The notes: generated from the letters alone by a model not told the origin. Shown: positions 1 to 11,407, counted from the stretch's first letter. The stretch is DNA of 64,000 nucleotides from an uncultured Planctomycetota bacterium (GCA_963719315.1 CAVRBU010000004.1:160001-224000); one strand, 5' to 3'. Made by a program: numbers and translations.

Positions 1-119
1 TCGACATCGCTCTGGAAGTTCCCGGTCTCGCGTTGAGCTTCGACGGCCGACACGAATCCAATGGTGCCTAGGACCCACAACGCGACAACAATCCAGTGGC
101 GATTGAGTTTCGATGACAT
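1..119 (-). CDS. 5' end of a secreted protein, truncated by the window edge
   Basis: ATG at 119 preceded by GGAGA; reads MSSKLNRHWIVVALWVLGTIGFVSAVEAQRETGNFQSDV, which is signal-peptide-like and open to position 1. Confidence 0.6.
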   Translation of the reverse strand, partial: MSSKLNRHWIVVALWVLGTIGFVSAVEAQRETGNFQSDV

Positions 120-188
120 ATATGGTCTCCCACAAGGCAAAATGTTTGTATCGGTTGACTTCAGTGCACGAGCCAAATCGCGGCTAAT

Positions 189-1100
189 TTACTTCGACGC
201 TGGGGTCAGCGGCAGTTCGAAATAAAAGACTTCGTTCTTGTCGTTTTCGCCACAGACTTCGCTGGTCGAGATTTCCAACCGATCGCCCAGAATGGTTCGC
301 GCGCTGATTTCGCCGCGGGTATCGGTCACGAGGAACTCGGCCGGATGAACGAAAAATATGGGAATCCCATTCTCTTTCGAGCGGGCTTGCACGATCGGGT
401 CGTTCGTTTTGGGTCCGAACATCCCGCCGGAGGGACAGATCAAAAAGCTGGGCCCACCTTCGCTCAGACGCTTGACAAGATCAGGATCCCGTCGATCGGC
501 GCAGATCATGATTCCGACCCGGCCGAAAGGAGTGCGAAACACTGGCGTTTCAGTTCCTGGCGTGTTGCGAATCAGTTCGTGTTCTAACTTGTGTTTGCGA
601 TACTTGCCGAGGAGCTTGCCATCGGGATCGATGAAGACCGCCGTGTTGTAGCGGTGGTCGCCGTCGGCTTCCAGCATTCCGGCGACCAGGTAGATGTCCA
701 GTCGGCCTGCTAATTCCGATAGTCGCCGAAAATACTCACCAGTCGGAATCGGCTCGCCAAGGGCTCGGTATTGGTCGAGGGGAATCGACTTGTCTTTGAT
801 GGCGTATCCGTCGAGAAAGCACTCGGTCGTGCATACGAGTTGTGCGCCGCCGCGGGCCGCATCAGTGATCATTTTCGCTGCACGTTGATAATTCGCCTCT
901 TTATCTGCCCTGAGCCACTTGAGCACCACACCAGCCACGCGCACTCGATTTCCCTTGTCCGAGGGAATCCCTTTCGTGGGGTTTCCGCTCGTTTCGTCAG
1001 CGGCTTGCGCAGCCATTGCGACGACCAGCAAGGCAGCTGCGCTAAGGGCCTTGACGACCCGCCAACCAGTCCTCACATCGAGTTGGACGTTGCGTTGCAC
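189..1100 (-). CDS. Carbon-nitrogen hydrolase (nitrilase superfamily), probably exported
   Basis: E-K-C triad motifs TTECFLDGY, KYRKHKL, GIMICADRR; GTG start at 1100 with GGAGA RBS; signal peptide ending AAQA. Confidence 0.85.
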   Translation of the reverse strand: MQRNVQLDVRTGWRVVKALSAAALLVVAMAAQAADETSGNPTKGIPSDKGNRVRVAGVVLKWLRADKEANYQRAAKMITDAARGGAQLVCTTECFLDGYAIKDKSIPLDQYRALGEPIPTGEYFRRLSELAGRLDIYLVAGMLEADGDHRYNTAVFIDPDGKLLGKYRKHKLEHELIRNTPGTETPVFRTPFGRVGIMICADRRDPDLVKRLSEGGPSFLICPSGGMFGPKTNDPIVQARSKENGIPIFFVHPAEFLVTDTRGEISARTILGDRLEISTSEVCGENDKNEVFYFELPLTPASK

Positions 1101-1482
1101 GGCAATTCTCCGTGGCCAGTCGTGCCTACCAAACGCGAAACCATCGTATACAGCATAGCAAATTGACAGGCCCAAGTGGCAAGAACGCTGTTGTCACACG
1201 AGTTCTCGTGAAAATTATTTCATTATGCCAGGCGCCAATGACGCGTACAGCTTGGTAAAATGAACGGCGATATACGCCTTTTGCGTTTCGAGGTTCATCG
1301 CCAATCTGCATTGTCGGCCTAACGAGTGGCGCCACCCGATTTGTCACCGAACGATAACCTTGAAGGAGACGGCGATGGGGGTGGTTAATAGAGTTGCAGT
1401 TGTTCACGTCGGGTGTGCTGCTGCTAAACGTTTCACGATCGATCGCCGTCTCGGCCAGGGAACCCACGTTGAGAGACCCGCA

Positions 1483-3552
1483 ATGCCTTTTTTTCTGTTC
1501 TGTGTTTGTTGCTTTGCGTTGACGGCTAACTCCTTGGCCCAATCGTTCCGACCCGATTGGCACACGGGCGATTATCAAGGTCGCGATCTGGCCATGTGGC
1601 TAGTGATCTCGGAGGACCTGAAAACGTCGTTTCCGCGCGGCGGCGCACCGGTGGTGGTCAAGCCATTCCCGCAGGATGATCGGCTGGTCCTTTCGCTACC
1701 GGAAGGAGAGTCGAACATTCCGGTGCGATTGATCCGCGCGATCGGAAAGCCGGGCGCAATCCTTCAGATGCCTAATGGTCAATTCTATTTTAACGGCAAA
1801 ACGCTGCTCGCGTCGTCTGAGAACATTAACGAGGACGCCGTAACATTCAACGGTGCAATTTATGCGGTCAAGGAGAAACGTCTCGTGAGGCTGGAATCCG
1901 ACAAGGGGATTCCGATTCTTGATTTCGGCCGGGATGGCTTGCCCGACGATGAAGTCCGCGACGTTGCGCTTAGTCCCGACGGCGAACTTTATGTCGCGAC
2001 GGCATCAGGGATCGGCATCCTTTCCAAAGAGAACAAATGGCGGCACCTGACAGGCAGGAGCGGAGGGTTGCCTGTCGATGACGTGACCTGTATGTCGTTT
2101 GCCGACGATGGAACTCTGTGGGTCGGCACGAAAGTCGGGGCGGCACGGCGTTGGCCCAATGGCCAGTGGAATTATCGCATGGGCCCGCGCTGGATGATTG
2201 GCGATGAAGTCATCGACATCGTTGCTGCACCGGAGGGTGGTGCGTATATCCTCACGGCAAACAGCGTGACGCACCTTTTTACTCGGAAAATGACGTTGCG
2301 CGAAAAGGCAAAGCATTACGACGCGATCGCGCAGGCACGACATGTTCGCCACGGCGCGGTAACAAGCTGCAATCTGCGAGACGTCAACGACTTCAACTCC
2401 TGGTACATGGCCGATAGCGACAACGACGGTCTTTGGACGTCGATGTACCTTGGTGCAAAGTGTTTCGAATACGCCGCGACCAAAGATCCCGATGCCAAAC
2501 GAATCGCGAAGCGGCACTTCGATTTTCTCCACAGGCTGGAGACAATCAACGGCATTCCAGGCTTCGTCTCACGCAGCATACGTCCGAGTAAATATGCGCC
2601 GGGGGGACACGAAGAATACCACTATGGCGGCGAAGGCGAATGGCATGAGTCGACCGTCGAACCGGGTTGGCAATGGAAGGCCGATACCAGTTCCGACGAA
2701 CTTTCCGGCCACTTCTTCGCCTGGGGAGTGTATTACGATTACGTCGCCAAGGGCGATGCCGTCGAAGAGAAACGCGTCGAGGAACTGGTCCGACGCGTCG
2801 TCAATCACCTCATCGATCACGACTTTACGCTGACCGACGTCGACGGTCATCCTACACGATGGGCAGTTTATTCTCCGCGGTTGCTACACGGTGATCTCTT
2901 GTGGAGCGACCAAGTTGGCTTCAATGCGCTCGGCATTCTGGCACACTTGAAAGTTGCCATCCATATCTGTGGCGACCAGAAGTTCAAAGACGCCTACCAG
3001 ATGTTGATCGACAAGTGGGGTTACAATGTCAAGGCGATGTTTTCCAAAGAAATGATCCCCAATACGCCGGGCGCCGGGATCAATCACTCCGACGACGAAA
3101 TGGCATGGCTTGAATACTATCACTTGCTGCTTTACCCAGATGTGGACGAGAAGTTGCGCTGGCAGTACCGCTACTCGGCAACGCGGTCGATGCGACCAGA
3201 GATTCCTGAACGATCTCCATTCTTTAATTTCACGTTCGCGATTGCCGAACCTCAGTGGGCACACGTTGCCGACGGTGTGGACACTCTTGAGCGTTGGCCA
3301 CTCGACCTGCGCCAATTCGCAACTCGGAATAGCCAGCGAGCCGATGTCATCGTCGATCCGCGGCGCGGCCGGCATGGAAATCGGCTACTACTTGAACCGG
3401 TTCCAATCGACGAACGCGTGCCGCAAAAATGGAATCACGATCCCTACGTGGCCGACGGCGGCGGAGATGGAAGGCACGAAGAATGCGGCGCTGAATGGCT
3501 CCTGCCTTATTGGATGGCGGTGTATCACAAACTAATCGTGGAAGCGGAATAG
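1483..3552 (+). CDS. Secreted hypothetical protein: two-component-regulator-type propeller repeats plus a helical C-terminal domain with conserved acidic motifs (paralog of 5386-7719)
   Basis: Signal peptide from ATG 1483; GLP-D-V...D-DG-LWVGT repeats; motifs SDNDG, WKADTSSDE, DGHPTRW, DDEMA, WLLPYWM. Confidence 0.75.
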   Translation: MPFFLFCVCCFALTANSLAQSFRPDWHTGDYQGRDLAMWLVISEDLKTSFPRGGAPVVVKPFPQDDRLVLSLPEGESNIPVRLIRAIGKPGAILQMPNGQFYFNGKTLLASSENINEDAVTFNGAIYAVKEKRLVRLESDKGIPILDFGRDGLPDDEVRDVALSPDGELYVATASGIGILSKENKWRHLTGRSGGLPVDDVTCMSFADDGTLWVGTKVGAARRWPNGQWNYRMGPRWMIGDEVIDIVAAPEGGAYILTANSVTHLFTRKMTLREKAKHYDAIAQARHVRHGAVTSCNLRDVNDFNSWYMADSDNDGLWTSMYLGAKCFEYAATKDPDAKRIAKRHFDFLHRLETINGIPGFVSRSIRPSKYAPGGHEEYHYGGEGEWHESTVEPGWQWKADTSSDELSGHFFAWGVYYDYVAKGDAVEEKRVEELVRRVVNHLIDHDFTLTDVDGHPTRWAVYSPRLLHGDLLWSDQVGFNALGILAHLKVAIHICGDQKFKDAYQMLIDKWGYNVKAMFSKEMIPNTPGAGINHSDDEMAWLEYYHLLLYPDVDEKLRWQYRYSATRSMRPEIPERSPFFNFTFAIAEPQWAHVADGVDTLERWPLDLRQFATRNSQRADVIVDPRRGRHGNRLLLEPVPIDERVPQKWNHDPYVADGGGDGRHEECGAEWLLPYWMAVYHKLIVEAE

Positions 3553-3566
3553 TCCGGCGTGACATC

Positions 3567-3608
3567 CAAATTTTTGCAACCTCGGACTCTGGCGGCTGCA
3601 AAAGTTTG
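3567..3608. repeat. Imperfect inverted repeat (15-bp arms); operator or terminator candidate
   Basis: CAAATTTTTGCAACC-N12-GGCTGCAAAAGTTTG, 13/15 complementary, 14 nt after a stop codon. Confidence 0.4.
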
Positions 3609-3799
3609 AATAACGAGTATTTAACACGAGTCACCTGCCGGACAGAACGATGAACGATGAAAAAGGTTAAGCGCGGCGGCAAGCAGGTGGATGTCGAAAA
3701 ACCGTACTGTCACAACGTCTGCGAAGGGCGGCTGATGGCCTTTGCGGCCAAGCGGAGCGGCAATGTCCTGCTGGTTGGGCACGCGAGGGGCTGAAAGCT

Positions 3800-3975
3800 A
3801 TACAGCGAGCAGGCGCCGAGCCACAACGACAGCCCAACTGGCGAGTATCTCGGTCCGCGTCGGTCGCTTGCTGACATTCGATCCTGAATGCGAAACAATC
3901 AGCGGCGACGAATCGGCGAATGACCTGATTCGTCGCCGATATCGCCAAGGCCATTGTGCCGCGGGAAGTGGCATG
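3800..3975 (+). pseudogene. Orphan 3' remnant of a planctomycete Gfo/Idh/MocA oxidoreductase
   Basis: Translates to LASISVRVGRLLTFDPECETISGDESANDLIRRRYRQGH, the typical C-terminal tail of this family; no N-terminal Rossmann domain upstream. Confidence 0.55.
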
Positions 3976-4021
3976 GTCCATCAAATCGACAGTAGATGAA
4001 ACGCAACTGAGGAGCTCCGAC

Positions 4022-5125
4022 ATGTCCGTCAAGTACCGAGTGGGCGTCATCGGCCACACTGGCCGAGGCGATTATGGCCATGGCCTTGACACTGTCTGGC
4101 TGCAGTTACCCGAGGTGGAAATAGTCGGTGTTGCCGACGTGGATGAGGAAGGCCGTGCGGCGGCCGCCAGGCGACTTGGCGCGCCGCGAGCTTTTGCCGA
4201 CTACCGCAAGTTACTGGACGAGACCAAGCCAGACATTGTTAGCATCTGTCAGCGCTGGCTGGACAAGCATTGCGAAATGGTCGTAGCCGCCGCCGAGCGA
4301 GGCAGCCACGTCTACCTGGAAAAACCCCTGTGCCGCACACCCGAAGAGGCCGACCAAATGTTGACCGCTTGCGACAAGCACAACGTCAAGCTAGCGATTG
4401 CGCACCAGACGCGCTATAGCCCGAAACTCCAAGTCATACGCGATATGGTCCACGACGGAAGAATTGGAAAAGTTATCGAAATCCGCGGGCGCGGCAAAGA
4501 GGATCAGCGCGGCGGGGGCGAGGATCTGTGGGTGCTTGGCAGCCACGTAATGAATCTAATGCACGCGTTCTGCGGCGAACCGCAGTGGTGCTTCGCTTCG
4601 GTCGAGCAAGACGGCCAACCGTTAACAAAACAGCATGTTCGCGAAGGTAGCGAAGGGATTGGCCCGCTCGCCGGCGATACGGTCCGTGCGATGTACGGTA
4701 TGCCGGAGGAAGTGACGGCTTATTTCGGCTCGCGCCGCAACGCCGGCGGCAATCCAACGCGTTTTGGTTTACAGATTTTTGGATCAAAGGGCATCATTGA
4801 AATTCTCACTGGCTATCTGCCCGACGCATACATTTTACCAGACCCTTCCTGGTCGCCGGGGCGAAGCAAGGCTAAATGGATACCGATCTCGTCGGCCGGC
4901 GCGGGAAAACCGGAGCCGCTCCGCAGCGACAATCAGACGGGCAATGTTGTCGCCTGCCGCGACCTGATTAGTGCCATCGAGCAGGATCGACAGCCAGAAT
5001 GCAATATTCTCGAAGGACGTATGACGGTGGAAATGATTGCGTCGGTGTTCGCATCACAAATGACCGGCGGACGGGTAAAGATTCCGCTCGAGACGCGCAT
5101 AAATCCGCTATCGCTCTCTAGTTGA
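4022..5125 (+). CDS. Gfo/Idh/MocA family oxidoreductase
   Basis: RVGVIGHTGRGDYGH, HVYLEKP motif; GAGGAG RBS before ATG 4022. Confidence 0.9.
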   Translation: MSVKYRVGVIGHTGRGDYGHGLDTVWLQLPEVEIVGVADVDEEGRAAAARRLGAPRAFADYRKLLDETKPDIVSICQRWLDKHCEMVVAAAERGSHVYLEKPLCRTPEEADQMLTACDKHNVKLAIAHQTRYSPKLQVIRDMVHDGRIGKVIEIRGRGKEDQRGGGEDLWVLGSHVMNLMHAFCGEPQWCFASVEQDGQPLTKQHVREGSEGIGPLAGDTVRAMYGMPEEVTAYFGSRRNAGGNPTRFGLQIFGSKGIIEILTGYLPDAYILPDPSWSPGRSKAKWIPISSAGAGKPEPLRSDNQTGNVVACRDLISAIEQDRQPECNILEGRMTVEMIASVFASQMTGGRVKIPLETRINPLSLSS

Positions 5126-5385
5126 AGCCGGATATTGAAGCCCGATCCCGCATTTGGTTGTTAGGCGCATGCGCGTCGGGCGGCGTCAATTGCTCGGACG
5201 GAAGCTTGGTCGCGGCGAACGTACATCAGCAATCCGCTTGCCCGAGACGACGAATACCATGCTGAGTCACAACTTCCTAACTTCGTAACGGTTTTCGATT
5301 TCCGAATTCTCGGGTGCCCTCAGAAAGCTCATTTGCGCGAGCGGCAACGGCGTTCACGACCGTCGTGCTGGGCACGGCGGGCATA

Positions 5386-7719
5386 TCACCGAGCCGGCCG
5401 CTTTGGCCCGTTGTACGGTTCGGCGCCCCACAACGGAACCGATTTCGGCGGCGCATCGACCAGTTTTTGGTCATCGGTCGTCGGTGCTTGAATCATGCCG
5501 TAGTAACGGCCCATCCAGTAGTCTTCCAACCAGCCGACGGGCGGCGTGGCCGTGCGTCCGCCGTTGCCGCCATCCTGCTGAATGGCCGATCGGCTGCCCC
5601 AGGTGCAGGCTAGTTCGCGAGGCGAGAGGGCCCGCTTGTCGCCAATGTACGGCGTATAGCCGGGTTCGGGCGCGAGGTCTGAACGATGTGAGTTCCGATA
5701 GCTGTGACTGATCGTATCGAGCGACCATTCGCGCAAATGCTGCACCGCCTGTTCACTTTCGCAGTCATTGCCCGTGAGGCCGCCGTAGATGAAATTGAAG
5801 AACGGAATCTTCTGCATCCGCATGACTTCCCAGTGCCTGGCCAGGGCACGCAGGTAAATCGAGCGTAGTCGCGGATCATCGCAGTACGTAATGAGCGGGT
5901 GCAGGCAGTGAAACGCGAGTTCATCGTCCCATTCCACGATGCTTTCCGGCGGAAACGTGAGCTTTTCGCGAACTGTGTACGTCTCGTATCGCCAAGCCAG
6001 CAGCTGGTCGAGCCCTTTGCGGAAAACTGGATCGCCCGTCAGGTTGAGTGCCGTCCACATGTAGGTTTGCGCTTCCAGGCTGTTGAGGCCGCGTGATTCG
6101 AAACCATACGGCCGCTGCAGGTACTCAGGATCCCAGCGTCCCCAACGAGTCGGCTGGCCATCGACATCGCGCAGCACCCAGCCGTTATCCACGATGTGTT
6201 TCGAGATGCGGGCCAGGTGCTGTGCGGCACGCTTTTTCTCTTCGCCCTGAGCCACCAGGTCATGGAACAACGACACGGCATAGTAATGAGCGTTGACCTC
6301 ATCGCTGGAAGTGTCGCCTTTCCACATCCACAATCCATCCTTGGTCTTGACCCACTTTGCCGGCAGGCCCCCGCTGCCCTGCGTGGAGCGCTCGCCCTGA
6401 TCAACGTCGACGGCCCAAATCGCCCGGGCGAAGAAGCCATCGGTTCCGGTGATCGTCTGTAGCCACGACATCGCCTCAAAGGCATCGAGCGCTTCGCGTC
6501 GAGTCGCTTCGTCGTGCGTGGTGGCGTACTTGAAGCACATAGCGGCCAGGTAATGCGCCGTGTGGCCGCCATCGTTGTCGCTGATTTCCCTCAGCCAGCG
6601 TCCGCCGTTGGCCGAATTCTCTCTGTACAGCTCGTGGACGAAACCGAGACGCTTATGTCCCCCTGCTTCCACTTGCCGCTCGAAGTAGGCGGCCTTCTTT
6701 CGCAAGGTGTACGGTTCGTATCGAATGATGCCCAGGCCGTGATCTGTGGCGATGTACACCGTCTTGTTGTGGACGGCGATCGCATGCACGTTGTTGCCGG
6801 GCAGCCAGTGGTCGGCGCCGAAATAGTGGTACTGATTGCCGACGTTGCGAATCGCGCCCGTGGTGGTGCCGATCCATAGATCGCCGTCAAAACCGGGGGC
6901 GAAACACGTTGTGTCCTCGTAGGGCAGGCCGTCTTTGCCGGCAGTCGTCGTGAGCGCCGCGCCGCGCAGCACAGCCACGCCGCGGTCGGTCGCAATCAAC
7001 AGGCGACTGCCGATTGAGAGCATGTCACGGTGCTCGTGTGATGGCATCGAGCCCCAATCAACCGGCTGAGTGACAAACATTGCTCCGTCAAGCAACGTCA
7101 GCCCGCTACGGCCTAGCAAATGGAGCGTTCCGCAATAGGACGCGATCTGCTCGATCGGGCCGATCCGCACCGGTTCCACGAGCACCTGGCTGCCATCCTC
7201 CTTCATCATGGTTGTGTCGCTGGACAACCAGCCCGACTTGGGTTTGATGTCGATGAACTTGCCGCCTTCCCAACGGAAAATGTTATCGCGAGTCGCCGCA
7301 AGAACCGCGCCGTTGTGCGTGCAGATATCGACAACATGGCCCTCGAACACCTTCTTCGCGGATCGAGCCTGTTCTTCGAACAAGTACAGCGCATCGGCCG
7401 TGGCGCCCCAGAGTTTGCCATCCAGCACAAACAATCGCCGCAAGCCGGCGGGCGCGTTCTTCACGACGTTGAACTCGCTCTCGTCCAGCCGGTGCAGCAC
7501 ACCATCCAGCAGGGCATAGATTTCATCTTGCCAGACGGCTAGCGCCGTCACCGGCTTCTCGCTCGGCACTTTTCGGCCGATCTCCTGCAAGTAAACGTCG
7601 TCGACCGCAGCCGAATAGAGCCGGTGTTTGGGCGGCGCGGTCACTCGCGGCGCGGCAATTGCCGTTTGCGAGCTGCTTGCGATCACCAGACCAAGCAACA
7701 GAGAAGTGCATCGATGCAT
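5386..7719 (-). CDS. Secreted hypothetical protein, propeller repeats plus helical domain with conserved acidic motifs (paralog of 1483-3552)
   Basis: Signal peptide; GLPYEDTTCFAPGFDGDLWIGT; SDNDG, WKGDTSSDE, DGQPTRW, DDELA, WLEDYWM. Confidence 0.8.
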   Translation of the reverse strand: MHRCTSLLLGLVIASSSQTAIAAPRVTAPPKHRLYSAAVDDVYLQEIGRKVPSEKPVTALAVWQDEIYALLDGVLHRLDESEFNVVKNAPAGLRRLFVLDGKLWGATADALYLFEEQARSAKKVFEGHVVDICTHNGAVLAATRDNIFRWEGGKFIDIKPKSGWLSSDTTMMKEDGSQVLVEPVRIGPIEQIASYCGTLHLLGRSGLTLLDGAMFVTQPVDWGSMPSHEHRDMLSIGSRLLIATDRGVAVLRGAALTTTAGKDGLPYEDTTCFAPGFDGDLWIGTTTGAIRNVGNQYHYFGADHWLPGNNVHAIAVHNKTVYIATDHGLGIIRYEPYTLRKKAAYFERQVEAGGHKRLGFVHELYRENSANGGRWLREISDNDGGHTAHYLAAMCFKYATTHDEATRREALDAFEAMSWLQTITGTDGFFARAIWAVDVDQGERSTQGSGGLPAKWVKTKDGLWMWKGDTSSDEVNAHYYAVSLFHDLVAQGEEKKRAAQHLARISKHIVDNGWVLRDVDGQPTRWGRWDPEYLQRPYGFESRGLNSLEAQTYMWTALNLTGDPVFRKGLDQLLAWRYETYTVREKLTFPPESIVEWDDELAFHCLHPLITYCDDPRLRSIYLRALARHWEVMRMQKIPFFNFIYGGLTGNDCESEQAVQHLREWSLDTISHSYRNSHRSDLAPEPGYTPYIGDKRALSPRELACTWGSRSAIQQDGGNGGRTATPPVGWLEDYWMGRYYGMIQAPTTDDQKLVDAPPKSVPLWGAEPYNGPKRPAR

Positions 7720-7930
7720 GATGAGATCCTTATGGCGTTAAACTGCTTTGATTATTTGCCCACTTGGCGCGAGAAGTATAGCATGGCACAACAACTGGTC
7801 GACGCGAGGCGATGCGAGTCTAGAGCAACAACCCGGGCGGCCATTGCCTTGTCACGTCGAACTGTCGGCAACCTATGAACACCCAAGCTCGTAGTCCACG
7901 ATTATATCCGATGCCGTCGAGCCGTGCGTT

Positions 7931-8919
7931 ATGAAGAAAGTTCGCTGGGGAATTCTGGGCGCAGCGACGATTGCACGCGAGGCCGTTGTCCCGGCGATGC
8001 TCAAACCTGCGTATCGCGAGCGAGTCGAGGTTGCCGCGATCGCTTCGCGCGATCTGGCGAAAGCCCAAGCGATGGCGACTGTCTTTGGAGTCAGCAAAGC
8101 GTACGGATCGTATGAAGGTCTTCTCGCAGATCCAAATATTGACGCGGTGTACATCCCGCTGCCGAATCACTTGCACGTGCCGTTTGCCATTCGGGCACTT
8201 GAGGCCGGCAAACATGTGCTGTGCGAAAAGCCCATTGCTCTCTCGGCCAGCCAGGCGGACGAGCTTGTACGCGCCGCCGCCGATCATCCACACCTCAAGG
8301 TCATGGAGGCGTTCATGTATCGCCTCCACCCGCAGTGGCAATGGGCAATCGGCGTCGTTCGCGACGGCCGAATCGGCGAAGTGCGAGCCGTTCAGTCATG
8401 CTTTTACTTCGATGACGACAATCCCAACGGCATTCTGCATCACGCCGAGTGGGGCGGCGGGTGTCTGATGGACATCGGGTGCTACCCGGTCTCGCTATCG
8501 CGCTGGTTGTTCCAGGCGGAACCGATTCAAGTGTTGGCATTCATGGACAATGACCCACGCTGTGGCGTGGATCGGTCAATCGCGGGCGTCATGCAATTCC
8601 CGACCGGCGCCGCCACGTTTTCCTGCTCCACGCAGTTGCGCCCTTTCAACACGTGAGTGTCTTTGGGACCCGTGGCCGACTCGAATTGGATTTGCCGTTC
8701 AACCCGCCGACCGACCGTCCTCATCACTCGATTCTCGACGTAGGTGGCGTCGTCGAACATGTTTCGTTCGACATTTGTGATCAATACGGCATCCAGGCCG
8801 ATCTTTTTTCCCGTGCGATACTCGAAAACACGGGCGTGCCAACGCCAATCGGCGACGCCCTCGCCAACATGCGCGTCATCGAGGCTCTTGCCCGTAGTGG
8901 ACGCGCTAGTGTTGCGTGA
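7931..8919 (+). CDS. Gfo/Idh/MocA family oxidoreductase (frameshift near 8640, probably a sequencing error)
   Basis: VRWGILGAATIA, HVLCEKP, GGGCLMDIGCY; ORFs 7931-8656 and 8653-8919 join if one G is restored (L-A-P-F-Q-H-V). Confidence 0.85.
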
Positions 8920-11389
8920 GAAACTCCTCGGTGTTTAACAGCGCCCAACACACGTCTTCGAAACCATCGGACGGTTTCTCTTTGGAGATGATGTGTTCGA
9001 GTGCCACCTGCATCTCGGCATCGGTCGGCAGACGGCAAACCGCGGCTCGATAGAGTTGCTCGATCACCTGCGAATGCGGACGGCCTTCTCCCAACTGGCG
9101 ATTGAAGCGGTTTTGTTTATCGGCCAGCTTCTTTTGTACCATTTGACCGTTGAAAAGTTCGATCGCCTGGGCTAGGGTTGAATCCGTTCCTCGCTCGCAC
9201 TCGCAGGAGGTGTTGCGCCGGCCGGCCAAACGTATCCAGAAATCCCTGTTTAAAATCCGGACTGGGAACCTCGGTGGCCCGCGTCCCGGCCGGCAGGCCG
9301 GAAAAAGTTTCGTCCACTTGCGTCACCTGACACACCGCGTCGAGCAATTGTTCAGCGGTCAGCAGTCGCGTCTTCGCGTGGGAGAAAAACCGAGTATCCT
9401 CCTGATTCAATTTCGTCGCCTGGCTGCCTAACTGATATGTGCGGCTATTGAGAATCGTTCGCAAAATGTGTTTCTGATCGAATCCGTGTTTCACGAAGTC
9501 ATCGGCGAGCTTATCGAGCAGTGCAGGATTTGCAGGTGGGTTCGACTGGCGGAAGTCATCCACAGGGTCGACAATTCCTTGCCCCATGACCTGGGCCCAA
9601 ATGCGATTTACTGCGACCCGGGCGAAAAACGGGTTCGTGGGCAACGTCAGCCAGTTGGCAAACTCGCGACGCCGATCTGGCACTCCAGGGTCGGCTAGCA
9701 CGCCGCCGCCCGGCAACCACGGTTTCATGATCTGACCGGTGCGTGGCTGGCGCACCTCGCCCTCGCGGGTTACGTAAACGATTTCTTCGTCGACCCGCAG
9801 TCCGGGTTTGCGATTCACGCGCTGGAAAAAAGCCGTCAGGGCGTAGAAGTTGTCTTGCGTCCAATTCTCGAATGGATGGTTGTGGCACTTGGCGCACTGA
9901 ATGCGCGAACCAAGAAAAAGCTGGGCCGTCGTCTCGGCGGCTCCAATCGGGTCGTCGCACGCTCGATAGTAGTTTGCCGCGGGATGATCGTATGTGCTGC
10001 CCTGGGCCGTCAACAGCTCCGTTGCAAACAGATTGAAGGGCTTGTTTGTTTCAAACGCGTCGACCAGCCAATCGTAGAACTTGAACACTCCAGCTTCTTT
10101 GATGCGGTCTTTCTGCAGCCGCAGCAGGTCGCCCCATTTCAGTGCCCAGAAGCGCGCGTGCTCCGGCCGATCGAGCAAGCTGTCGATCAAACGCTGTCGG
10201 CGGTCGGGCTCTTTATCCGCCAAAAACGAATCCTGCTCCTCGATCGACGGCAACTCTCCAATCACATCCAGATAAATGCGACGCACAAATTCGTTGTCCG
10301 AGCATAGGCCGGATGGTTCGTATTGCAGTTGCCGCAGCTTTTCGTAAACCAAATCGTCGATGTAATTGGCGGCCGGTGGATCCGGCCACTTGTAGCCCTC
10401 GATCCTCTTCGTCAACGTGAATTGAGAGGACACCAATTGATCGAGGTAACGGGCCATTACGGCCACTTGACCGCGCCGGTGCCCCTCCAACAGGCCATCG
10501 CCAGAGACCGATGCGATTTGTTCGTCGGATGATGAAAACTTCGTAAGTCGCGTGACATCGCGCACGACACCATTCTCAAAATGGGCCAGCGCTACAATCT
10601 GCTGGCTCAAATAGGGAGCGGTGAGAACTCGTCCGGATGCAGGCAATAACTCCAAACGAACGCATCGTTTGCCGTCCGCAACATCAACGTTGCCACCTTC
10701 GGCGATCCATTGTCTCAGCACGTCATAAGCGAAGTCTCCTGTTTTTAGTTTCAGTCCTCCGCGATGCGGCACCGTCATCGTTGGCTTAAGAAGCAATAGG
10801 CTGTTCGCCGGTTCAATGCTGTTGATTCGGCGGCCTTTTTCCGCGCGAGTGAGCGAGAGTTCGTCGAGCGCATGGTCGTAGGCCTGCAACGATAGCGGGA
10901 ACCCGCCCTTGCCGCTGGGCGATCCATGGCACGCACCGAGTTGCAACCTTGGCGCATGAGCGCGGCGACGGTCTCCGTTCGAAATGAAATCGGCGCCGCT
11001 CGATCAAATCCATCAACGATGACGGACAGCGAGGCTTTTTGATCGGCAACCTGCACCCCTATCTCGCAGTTGCCATCGCCGGCGGGACAAACGACCCCTT
11101 TTTGGCACACAGCAACTGCGGGGGAGGCCGACGCAAATTTCGCTCGACGAGTAAGATCTACGACCAATCCGTTCGGAAAATAACCTGTTACCAATACCAT
11201 CGCCCGGTCGCGGGGCCGATGGAGCTGGAGCTGCTGCGGTTGGACTTCGATGTGCTTCAGCGTGGAGAGATCGAGCGCCGCATCGTTCGCAATAGCGAGA
11301 GGTGGGGCCAGAGCCAGCAACAGCAGTCCGCAGACGGCCAGCGCCGTTCGCAATCTGCCGTCTCGCGGGCGAATCGCTGGACCCGACAT
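8906..11389 (-). CDS. DUF1549/DUF1553 protein with Ig-like domains (frameshifts near 10948 and 9220)
   Basis: GCNSGACHG after repair, EFVRRIYLDVIG, CAKCHNHPFE, GIVDPVDD, FGRPARNTSCECER after repair, WALLNTEEF; three ORF pieces. Confidence 0.85.
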
Positions 11390-11407
11390 CACAACTCTCA
11401 CCGAGGA

